NCBI RefSeq assembly: GCF_000143415.4
Contig: NW_003314349.1
Span: 567,172 to 631,171 of the forward strand
Direction: 5' to 3'
From: Selaginella moellendorffii
Taxonomy: Eukaryota > Plantae > Lycopodiophyta
Length of the DNA: 64,000 nt
Shown here: piece by piece, positions 23,205-32,392 of the stretch
Position numbering within the stretch: position 1 is the first letter of the stretch
Layout: every line of letters begins with the position of its first letter
The notes under the pieces: generated by a model
What the model saw: the letters and a program-made list of their open reading frames with translations, nothing else
What the model was told of the DNA's origin: nothing
The model's database searches: none
Made by a program: the position numbers and the translations under genes

Positions 23205-24983
23205 ATGCGGCTCTTCGTTTTGCTTGTGGGTTTTGACGAGGTATATGTTTGTAACAAGCGAATCGAGAGCTATGGCAAAACTGGGGATTTGGAACACGCG
23301 CGAGCAGTGTTTGACAGCATTGTTGCAAAGGATGCCTTCTCGTGGTCGTGCATTTTACGAGCATATTGTCAAAACGGGCATTTTGTTCAGGCAAAAGAGC
23401 TCTTTGATTCCATGCCGCAACGAAACGTTGTTTGCCAGAACATTATTTTATCAGCGTTTGGAAGACATGGCCACTTTGGTGTTGTAAAGTCCTTTTTTGA
23501 TAGCTTGCCTGAGGTTGATCTCGTTTCTTGGAACACTCTTCTCTCGGCTTATGCCACAAGAGGGTATTTTTACGATGCAAAAACCATCTTTGATGAGATG
23601 CCTTACAGGGATCTCATCTCCTGGAACACACTCATTGGTGCATATGCCAAACAATCAAACTCAGCAGAGGCTAAGATCTTATTTGATAAAAGCCCAGCGA
23701 GAAGTTTGGCCTCATGGTCTGCTTTGGTTTGCGCTTATGCCCGTAATGGCCAAATAGATATAGCCCAGTCCCTCTTTGATGCAATGCCGGAGAGGAATTT
23801 GGTAAGCTGGAATGCTTTGTTGTCTGGCTTTGGAAACTGTGGTGAGATCAAAAAAGCTAAAGCCATTTACAATAGGATGCCGGAACATGATCTAATTAGT
23901 TGGAATGCTTTGATTGCATTACTGGTAGCAAACTCCCAATTTGACGAAGCCAAGGAGTTGTTTTCTCGCATGCCCGAGCGCGATTTGGCGACCTGGAACA
24001 TTATGATTAATGTCTATTGCCAAGACGAAAACTTTAAGGAAGCAAAGTTTGTGTTTGACATGATGCCGGAGGCCGAGCTTACATCTTGGAACAGCTTGCT
24101 TTTAGCATATACCCGTTCTAGGCAAATGGATCTCGCAGAACATGTGTTTACTTCTATGCCTTTTCTCGACACCATTTCATGGACGACGATGGTGGACGGC
24201 TACATTCGTGTTGAAAAGTTGGACAAGGCCAAGCAAGTTTTGGATAGGATGCCACAACTTGATGTGGTAGCTTGGACTGCTTGGTTCTCTGCGTATGCCA
24301 TGGTTGGAGATCTGGAGATAGTGAAACAAAGCTTTGATGAGCTACATTTGCAAAAAGATATAGTGGTGTGGATTGCCTTGTTATCTGCTTACGTACGCCG
24401 TGGCTGTCTCGATGAAGCTAAGAATACTTTCACTCAAATGCCTGAAAGGAGTTCAATCTGCTGGGCGATGATGATCACTGCGTGTGCCCAAAACAGGCAT
24501 TTGAAAGACGCATTCTCGCTGTTCATGGAAGTTCCGGAGAATAGCTTGTGTGTTTGGAATGCAATGCTTGTGGCATATGCTCAGATGAGTTCGATATCTC
24601 GTTTGGAGCAGTTCTTTCAGGATATGCCCGAGCGAAGTGTAGTTGCATGGGGCGTGATGATAGCCAAGTTTGCTCTCGCCGGTGACATACTCGAGGCATT
24701 CCAAGTTTTTTACCATATGAAGATGGTGGATTTGCCCGACGAGGCTTGTTTCGTGTCGCTGCTAATCGCGTGTAGCCACGAAGGTGAAGTCTATCGAGGG
24801 AGAAGTTTGTTCGCATCTATGGTGGAAGATTATGGAATCACACCCACGAGACAGCACTACTGCTGCATGGTTGATTTGCTAGCCCGCGCCAAGCGTTTAG
24901 AGCACGCGAAAGAGCTCCTTAGTGCCATGCCATTTGAAGATAAATCATTCGGCTGGACATCAGTTATAAGTGCTCCATTGTAA
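23205..24983 (+). CDS. PLS-class PPR protein (592 aa), ends at the start of E1
   Basis: Many short PPR repeats; ACFVSLLIACSHEG..QHYCCMVDLLARAKRLEHAKELLSAMPFE. Confidence 0.9.
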   Translation: MRLFVLLVGFDEVYVCNKRIESYGKTGDLEHARAVFDSIVAKDAFSWSCILRAYCQNGHFVQAKELFDSMPQRNVVCQNIILSAFGRHGHFGVVKSFFDSLPEVDLVSWNTLLSAYATRGYFYDAKTIFDEMPYRDLISWNTLIGAYAKQSNSAEAKILFDKSPARSLASWSALVCAYARNGQIDIAQSLFDAMPERNLVSWNALLSGFGNCGEIKKAKAIYNRMPEHDLISWNALIALLVANSQFDEAKELFSRMPERDLATWNIMINVYCQDENFKEAKFVFDMMPEAELTSWNSLLLAYTRSRQMDLAEHVFTSMPFLDTISWTTMVDGYIRVEKLDKAKQVLDRMPQLDVVAWTAWFSAYAMVGDLEIVKQSFDELHLQKDIVVWIALLSAYVRRGCLDEAKNTFTQMPERSSICWAMMITACAQNRHLKDAFSLFMEVPENSLCVWNAMLVAYAQMSSISRLEQFFQDMPERSVVAWGVMIAKFALAGDILEAFQVFYHMKMVDLPDEACFVSLLIACSHEGEVYRGRSLFASMVEDYGITPTRQHYCCMVDLLARAKRLEHAKELLSAMPFEDKSFGWTSVISAPL

Positions 24984-26400
24984 AGGGTTTAAGGGTGTAA
25001 GTTATTAGGTCATGGCAAAGCTTGGAAAGACGAGATGTGGTGCAAGGTCCGCTCCTTACGAAACCGGCGATAGCAAAAGCAAGAACTACCAGGTGGCGGA
25101 GAGTGTGAGCAGGCTGAGGCACGCTCTCGTTTATGACAATGGAAAAGTGTTGCATGTATGGGATATGGAAAGAGGATTTTGCAACTACAAGCTACCATAT
25201 CCATCCCAGATCAAGGGTCATCTTTGCGGAGTCGCGGGTGGAATTCTCTTCTTCAAGGAGAACAGCAGCACTCAAACCATCTTTGCTTGGAACCCAGTGA
25301 CTGGATTCGTAAAAGAGATTAATCTTCCATCGGTGGAGTCAGAGTTTCTAGTCATTGTCACGCCCAAGTCACACAGGCTCTGCAAGCTCAACCCGAGCCT
25401 GAAGCTCGAGGCAGTGGGTGCTCCCCCGGTGGAGGACTGGACGCGGATTTGCTACTTGGGCGAGAGGTTCAATGGAGACTCGGGCATCAAGCTCGAGTGC
25501 TCGCGACATGTGATGTATGCCAATGTCCTGGGCACGAGCTCGCTGCAACAGCTGGATGTTTTAGCGACAGGAAATCCAGTTAGAACAATCAGCTCTCCCA
25601 GGCCGTTCAAGGGGCGAAGCTTTCATCTTCCGCGAAGTGCTGGGAGCGTCAAGTATCGCTTCTTTCAGCTGGAGCAGGACGTGTTTGTGTGTGTTTCGAT
25701 GCAGAGGCGCTTGCATTCCCAAGGTTGCGTGAGGATCTGGCTGTACAAGCCTGGTTGTCATGGTGGTGCAAAGAGTCTTAAAGGATCGTGCCATGCATGC
25801 CGTGTTGCAAAGACGGTCCACGGAAGTCACCTCGCTATGGAAGAACTTTGTGCATGCAGCAACAATGAGGACTGGGAAGACGTGTCAAAGTTGCCAGACA
25901 AGTACGTGCAGGGGTTATTGAAAGAGTCAATCTCGCAGGACGATGGTGCCGGCTGGTTTGCGTTTGGGATGGCCAACATTGTCTTGGTGGCATTTGTTTC
26001 CAAGAGTGGCGACTTGAGCTCTTGCAAGGAGGTGTTTCGCTTCGAGCTGGCGTTGAGAGAGTGGACCCGTGTGGCAAATCCATTCAGAAGCTCTCGGGGT
26101 GTTAACTGGAACAACATGAGCTGCTGGTGTCCAAGTTCTTCCAATCTGGACATGGATTGGGGGTTGTGTCCTTGATGGATCAAGTAGTTCATAGAAGATC
26201 CTGGAGTGATACAGTTCTCTTTATGACGGAAATCTTACATCATATTAATATACAGCTTACCCTGTGGTTCATCTTACAACCCCAAAGTCAAGCTCTAAAC
26301 GATAGACACACCCTCTACTTGGGCTTCTCACGAGCCCCTTAAACGTCTGCCAATTCAAACTTCTCAAATCCAAAACGGCGTCAATCCTCCTCTCCAAGCA
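23762..26400 (+). repeat. Segmental duplication copy A (3' part of PPR, 387-aa gene, downstream DNA)
   Basis: Collinear with 28858-31362, from agcccagtc to ctctccaagca. Confidence 0.92.
25012..26175 (+). CDS. Uncharacterised 387-aa protein resembling F-box-associated beta-propeller domains; no clear F-box
   Basis: Intronless ORF kept intact in both copies; CGVAGGILFF..IFAWNPVTG, WEDVSKLP, FRFELALREWTRV motifs. Confidence 0.6.
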   Translation: MAKLGKTRCGARSAPYETGDSKSKNYQVAESVSRLRHALVYDNGKVLHVWDMERGFCNYKLPYPSQIKGHLCGVAGGILFFKENSSTQTIFAWNPVTGFVKEINLPSVESEFLVIVTPKSHRLCKLNPSLKLEAVGAPPVEDWTRICYLGERFNGDSGIKLECSRHVMYANVLGTSSLQQLDVLATGNPVRTISSPRPFKGRSFHLPRSAGSVKYRFFQLEQDVFVCVSMQRRLHSQGCVRIWLYKPGCHGGAKSLKGSCHACRVAKTVHGSHLAMEELCACSNNEDWEDVSKLPDKYVQGLLKESISQDDGAGWFAFGMANIVLVAFVSKSGDLSSCKEVFRFELALREWTRVANPFRSSRGVNWNNMSCWCPSSSNLDMDWGLCP

Positions 26401-27111
26401 GTTTACCGAGTGCCACCGAGTTCCATCATCTGGTCGATGTTGTCTTGCACCTTCTCATGAGGACCCTGCCAACAATTCACCATTTTCCGGAATATGCTCA
26501 TCTCCGTAGCCCATGATTTTTCACAATAGAATTGTGGAAGCGCACACCAAGCCAGTTTGAGAATTCTTGATCTTGAGGATGTCCTCTGATTGAACATGCT
26601 CAATCAACATAGCTCAAAATCCTCATGCCACTGCTCCATAATCATCCTTGCGACTTAGGAAGAATCGCTGGCATTTGCTCGCGTCCCCTAACCACTCCCA
26701 GAATCTTCCTCTTTGAGAACTTGGCCTCTATAATCGAGAACCGTCTAAACGAGCACCATTCTCCAAGCAAACACTACTCGCCTCGCTTTCCACCATTTCC
26801 AGCGTTCCTCTAGCTCGTTTGCGAGGGTAAGAGCGTCCACCATGCAGTGCTCGGCCAGGGACGAACTCCATGGCTGGTTTCAGCTGCGCAATCTCCAAGT
26901 ATTGACACAGTTTGATTGACTTGTCAAATGAATATTAGGAAATCCAAAACCTTCGATCTGAGCGACTAAGAACATGTCGGAGAACTCTTAGAGCGCACGA
27001 CTTACATTCGCGTGTCACCAAAATACAAAACCAAAGGTCCACTGAGGTTTTTACATGGAAAGGATGCGCATCTCGGCAAAAAAATAAAAAGAATACTGAA
27101 CTCCAACCTTC

Positions 27112-28564
27112 TTAGACATTAAGCTGCTCCACCATATTATCCTTGAAGTAGATATCATGCTCTTTAGTGATAGCAACACCGTAGCGCGCACCTGGAGGCC
27201 ACGAGATGGCCTTGTTCATCCGTGGATAGGCCACATGCCCAGCCAAGCCGGCCCAATCAAAGTTGACAATCTTGGCATCATACTTGGGATATCCATCGGC
27301 TTCAACTGTTTGGGACTCACGGAGGAGGATATTGCAAAGCCTGAGATCACCGTGGACAAAGCCTTTGTTGTGACCAACATCGAGTGCCACCGCGATGCAC
27401 TCAGTCAGCTTAGCAACGTGCCCCGCATCACCCTTTACATTCTTCACAACTTCATCAGCGGGAATCCATCCCTTCTCTCGAGTCAAGTACTCCATCCTGA
27501 TCATCCTCACTCCATGCTTCTCAAAAACGTCACTGCGGAGCTCTGGTGCATATGGTAACCATGCCTTGTGTGCGTCCAAGCTGTACTTGGATACAAACTT
27601 GGCCACCTCCGGCTCGCCCTGACTGTTCTCGTAGCGAAATACAAGCTTGCCCTCCGCCAGCTGGTGCACAGAAGTCTCCTTGGCTATCGGCCATGGTATT
27701 GGTGGCGACTGTAGTGGTACCACCTTGTAGCCCTGAACGAAGCGATGGATTGCCCTCCATATCCTTTCTGTGGCTACCAGGTATTCTTCAGGGCCGTAAC
27801 ACTTGGTCTCGGCAAAAGGTTCCGCCCAAACCTTGCCATTTTCGACAGTAGCTCCCCACACCCTCCAAAGCATACGACCGACTTGGTTGTAATCCACCGT
27901 ACAAAGTGCATGCCCTGAGGTAGCCATCCAGCACCTGGAAGTCCGGATCGCCAGCGTTGCCTGCTTGCGACTTGAATTAAAAAACAAGGCGAATGGACGT
28001 GGCCGTGTGTTGAATGCCATCCAGTTGAACTCGTCCCTGTAGCGTGAAGTACGGTGTGACAATCGCCTCTAGGTAGCGGCTGACGAGTCCCTGAAGCATC
28101 GACTGAACCTCCTCCTCGTGACATTCCACATACTCGTCACTCTGCACCCATTTGCAGAATGCCTCCGCAAAGTCCATGTCCACTTCCTCGGGAACACCTT
28201 ATGTTGCATCCTGCTTGAACTTCGCGAACGCCTCGCAGACAAGTTGCAATGGCAAAGGAGGCTTTGCAAAGTCTGGCCTGTAGCAAAGAAATTTGGCCTC
28301 CCCAGCATCCTTGCCCTGGTAGTCCTTCCATACATTGAAGTCGGCAAGGTCTGAGGGAGTGTTGCCACGCTCGTCCGCTCCTGGCTTTTGTGCTTTCTTC
28401 CTCACCTGTTTCCACACAGAGTCAACGAACTGCCAGCTGCCCGTGGCCAGCAACGATTCCAGGGTCGCCGAGACCGCTTCTCGCAAGCCAGAACTGTCCC
28501 TTCTGGTCACGGGAATAGGGAACCTGTGGCTGCCGCTGCCACTGCTGCTCGCTGCGGAGCTCAT
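27112..28564 (-). pseudogene. Crinkler/fungal-type restriction-endonuclease-fold plus protein-kinase-like gene, disrupted
   Basis: PSDLADFNVWKDYQ..YRPDFAKPPLPLQLVCEAFAKF; LDG..LVF*FKSQAGNAGDPDFQVLDGY; kinase VAKFVSKYSLDAH..APEL..MIRMEYL..FVHGDLRLCNIL..KIVNFDWAG..YPRMNKAISWPPG..ITKEHD; stops at 28199 and 27977, frameshift near 27890. Confidence 0.75.
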
Positions 28565-28639
28565 TCTGCGTGTCTTCACCATCCCTTGCACAACTTTTGC
28601 CTTTAAATAAGCTAGCCGGGTGAACTTTGCCTTTCTCCG

Positions 28640-28857
28640 AGACCGCGAGAGAAGGTCGAGCTCCTTTCCTGCTGCCGAGTTTCCGCAGTAAAACAGACCA
28701 ATTCTGGCACCTGGATGAATGAAGGCAAGCCTCGCAAACACTTTTTTCCAGTTTGGACGAGCAAAATGCGTTCGAAGTTGGGGAAGAAATATAAGAAGAA
28801 AGACAACAATCCAAAGGAAGTTACACCACTTCGTGCATGATGCAACGCTTGGAACAA
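28640..28857 (-). pseudogene. RBOH: Captured C-terminal fragment of a respiratory burst oxidase homolog (NADPH oxidase)
   Basis: FQALHHARSGV, then LRTHFARPNWKKVFARLAFIHPGARIGLFYCGNSAAGKEL, the NAD-binding C-terminus of RBOH. Confidence 0.85.
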
Positions 28858-29972
28858 AGCCCAGTCTCTCTTTCATGCAATGTCGGAGAGGAACTTGGTA
28901 AGCTGGAATGCTTTGTTGTCTGGCTTTGGAAACTGTGGTGCGATCAAAACAGCTAAAGCCATTTACAATATGATGCTGAAACATTATCTAATTACTTGGA
29001 ATGCTTTGATTGCATTACTCGTAGCAAACTCCCAGTTTGACGAAGCCAAGGAGTTGTTATCTCGCATGCCCGAGCGCAATTTGACGACCTGGAACATTAT
29101 GATTAATGTGTATTGCCAAGAAGAAAGCTTTAAAGAAGCAAAATTTGTGTTTGACATGGTGCCGGAAGCTGAGCTTACATCTTGGAACAGCTTTAGGATC
29201 TCGCAGAACATGTGTTTACGTCTATGCCTTTTCTCGACACCATTTCATGGACGATGATGGTGGGTGGCTACATTCGTGTTGAAAAGTTGGACAAGGCCAA
29301 GCAAGTTTTGGATAGGATGCCACAACTTGATGTGGTTGCTTGGACTACTTGGTTTTCTGCGTATACCATGGTTGGAGATCTGGAGATAGTGAAGCAAAGC
29401 TTTGATGGGCTACATTTGCAAAAAGATATAGTGGTGTGGATTGCCTTGTTATCTGCTTACGTACGGCGTGGCTGTCTCGATGAAGCTAAGAATACCTTCA
29501 ATCAAATGCCTGAAAGGAGTTCAATCTGCTGGGCGAAGATGATCACTGCGTGTGCCCAAAACAGGCATTTAGAAGACACATTCTCGCTGTTCTTAGAAGT
29601 TCCGGAGAATAGCTTCTGTGTTTGGAATGCAATGCTTGTGGCATATATCTCGTTTGGAGCAGTTCTTTCAGGATATGCCCGAGCGAAGTGTAGTTTCATG
29701 GGGCGTGATGGTAGCCAAGTTTGCTCTCGCTGGTGACATACTCGAGGCATTCCAAGTTTTTGACCATATGAAGATGGTGGATTTGCCCGACGAGGCTTGT
29801 TTCGTGTCGCTGCTAATCGGGAGAAGTTTGTTTGCGTCTATGGTGGAAGATTATGAATTCACATCCACGAGACAGCACTACTGCTGCGTGGTTGATTTGA
29901 TAGCCCGCGCTAAGCGATTGGAGCACACGAAAGAGCTCCTTACTATCATAAATCCTTCGAGTGCTCCATTAT
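28858..29972 (+). pseudogene. 5'-truncated, frameshifted duplicate of the PPR at 23205-24983
   Basis: Same peptide spread over three ORFs (28880, 29212, 29618) because of small deletions. Confidence 0.92.
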
Positions 29973-30002
29973 AAAGGGTTTAAGGGTGTAACTTATTAGG
30001 TC

Positions 30003-31169
30003 ATGGCAAAGCTTGGAAAGACGAGATGTGGTGCAAGGTACACTCCTTATGAAACCAGCGATAGCAAAAGCAAGAACTACCAGGTGGCGGAGAGTGTGAG
30101 CAGGCTGAGGCACGCTCTCGTTTATGACAATGGAAAAGTGTTGCATGTATGGGATATGGAAAGAGGATTTTGCAACTACAAGCTACCGTATCCATCCCAG
30201 ATCAAGGGTCATCTTTGCGGAGTCGCGGGTGGAATTCTCTTCTTCAAGGAGAACAGCAACACTCAAACCATCTTTGCTTGGAACCCAGTGACTGGATTCG
30301 TAAAAGAGATTAATCTTCCATCGGTGGAATCAGAGTTTCTAGTCATTGTCACGCCCAAGTCACACAGGCTCTGCAAGCTCAACCCGAGCCTGAAGCTCGA
30401 GGCAGTGGGTGCTCCCCCGGTGGAGGACTGGACGCGGATTTGCTACTTGGGTGAGAGGTTCAATGGAGATTCGAGCATCAAGCTCGAGTGCTCGCGGCAT
30501 CTGATGTACGCTAATGTCCTGGGCACGAGCTCGCTGCAACAGCTGGATGTTTTGGAAGCGACAGGAAATCCAGTTAGAACAATCAGCTCTCCCAGGCCGA
30601 TCAAGGGGCGAAGCTTTCATCTTCCACCAAGTGCTGGGAGCGTCAAGTATCGCTTCTTTCAGCTGGAACACGGCGTGTTTGTGTGTGTTTCGATGGAGAG
30701 GCGCTTGCATTTCCAAGGTTGCGTGAGAATCTGGCTGTACAAGCCTGGTTGTCATGGTGGTGCAAAGAATCGAAAAGGATCGTGTCATGCGTGCCGTGTT
30801 GCAAAGACGGTCCACGGAAGTCACCTCGCTATGGAAGAACTTTGTGTCTGCAGCAACAACGAGGACTGGGAGGATGTATCAAAGTTGCCAGACAAGTACG
30901 TGCATGGGTTGTTGAAAGAGTCAATCTCGCAGGACGATTGTGCCGGCTGGTTTGCGTTTGGGATGGCCAACACTGTCTTGGTGGCATTTGTTTCCAAGAG
31001 TGGCGACTTGAGCTCTTGCAAGGAGGTGTTTCGCTTCGAGCTGGCGTTGAGAGAGTGGAGCCGCGTGTCAAATCCATTCAGAAGCACTCGGGATGTTAAC
31101 TGGAACAACATGGGCTGTTGGTGTCCAAGTTTTTCCAATCTGGACATGGATTGGGGGTGGTGTGCTTGA
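30003..31169 (+). CDS. Intact duplicate (388 aa) of the F-box-associated-like gene at 25012
   Basis: Near-identical protein with a one-codon indel (LDVL-E-ATG). Confidence 0.65.
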   Translation: MAKLGKTRCGARYTPYETSDSKSKNYQVAESVSRLRHALVYDNGKVLHVWDMERGFCNYKLPYPSQIKGHLCGVAGGILFFKENSNTQTIFAWNPVTGFVKEINLPSVESEFLVIVTPKSHRLCKLNPSLKLEAVGAPPVEDWTRICYLGERFNGDSSIKLECSRHLMYANVLGTSSLQQLDVLEATGNPVRTISSPRPIKGRSFHLPPSAGSVKYRFFQLEHGVFVCVSMERRLHFQGCVRIWLYKPGCHGGAKNRKGSCHACRVAKTVHGSHLAMEELCVCSNNEDWEDVSKLPDKYVHGLLKESISQDDCAGWFAFGMANTVLVAFVSKSGDLSSCKEVFRFELALREWSRVSNPFRSTRDVNWNNMGCWCPSFSNLDMDWGWCA

Positions 31170-31398
31170 TCGGTCAAGTAGTTCATAGAAGATCCTGGAG
31201 TGATACAGTTCTCCTTGTGACGGAAATCTTACATCATATTAATACCCTGTGGTTCATCTTCCCCAAAGTCAAGCTCTAAACAATAGACAAACCCTCTACT
31301 TGGGCTTCTCACGAACCCAAACTGCTCAAATCCAAAACGGCGCCAATCCTCCTCTCCAAGCATTATAGCAACATGAAGTTGCGGAATTTGGTCCATGA

Positions 31399-32376
31399 CT
31401 ACTTTGGACGGAGGGGCTTGGTCTTTTTGAGTTCGACCAGCACTTGAGATTCTGTAATAATGTCGTCCGCTGGTTGCCTCTCCCAGCAGTAATCACCTCT
31501 CAAGATATCCTTGCTCGAAAGAATACCAATGCCACTGCCGATTTCCACCAAGCCGAAGTCTCGACCGCTGCCTACTGGCACAGACGGGTAGGATTGATCA
31601 GGATGCTCCAAATTGATCAGCTTCTTCCAATCCTACGGATCCAACGCCAAACAATACCACTCACCACCCTCAATGCAGATCATGGAAGTCAGCACTAAGT
31701 TTCTGGTAAAGAGCTTGTGAATCGGACCCCAGCGTCCGACTCTTGAATCAAAGTCAAATCCCGCTAGGAAGATTCTGAACTCTAACTTGCCGCTGACCTT
31801 GTCCTGGAAGCTGAGCATGGCCCTCCCGGTTCCATCACCAGAACTACCACCATCAGAACCATATAATAATGACGTTGCTGCGGGCGTTGCTGTAGTGGTA
31901 ACCCATTGCTTAGTCACTGGATTCCCAACTAGAAACTCACCATCATGGCCTGGACTGGAGCGCAAACCCAAACAACCTCCAGCCATCATAAATCATTCAC
32001 ACCAAGCCGATCGTGCTTGGAATGACCAGCTCCTGTTGAAGCTGTACGATCTTAAAGTTGGGGATTGATCGTGTCTTGGCATAAGAGCAATGCAACTGGC
32101 AAGACTGAAACGGGCCCTAGAAGGCCAAGACGCCCAAATCATATGCAACCTTGCGTTGCACAACATGCGCATCCATCTCTCGCGCATCCCGCACTGCCAA
32201 ACGCGCTAGTATATCTTCAACAACACCCTCTGGAAGATACTGCAGACGAATCCTAAGCAACACTGCTTCAATGAGAGCTGTTGGCTCGAAGTTTCAAGGC
32301 GCTGGAAGATGAGTTTCCAGGCCGTGTGGTTGACCGGACCGGATGGTTTGACCGCCAAATCCTTCTCCATCGCCAT
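31399..32376 (-). pseudogene. F-box-like gene with three in-frame stops
   Basis: Four consecutive same-frame ORFs: HTAWKLIFQRL (F-box-like), AGGCLGL..EFLVGNPVTKQW, FDFDSRVGRW; stops at 32206, 31993 and 31633. Confidence 0.6.
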
Positions 32377-32392
32377 GAGCAAAACAGTATAA

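Noticed and set aside
26401-28857. Insert as a classical TE (Helitron, MULE or LTR)
   Set aside because: No terminal inverted repeats, target-site duplication, TC...CTRR ends or LTRs seen at the junctions
31399-32376. In-frame stops rescued by U-to-C RNA editing
   Set aside because: Such editing is known only from organellar transcripts of some plant lineages; simple pseudogenisation is more parsimonious for a nuclear gene
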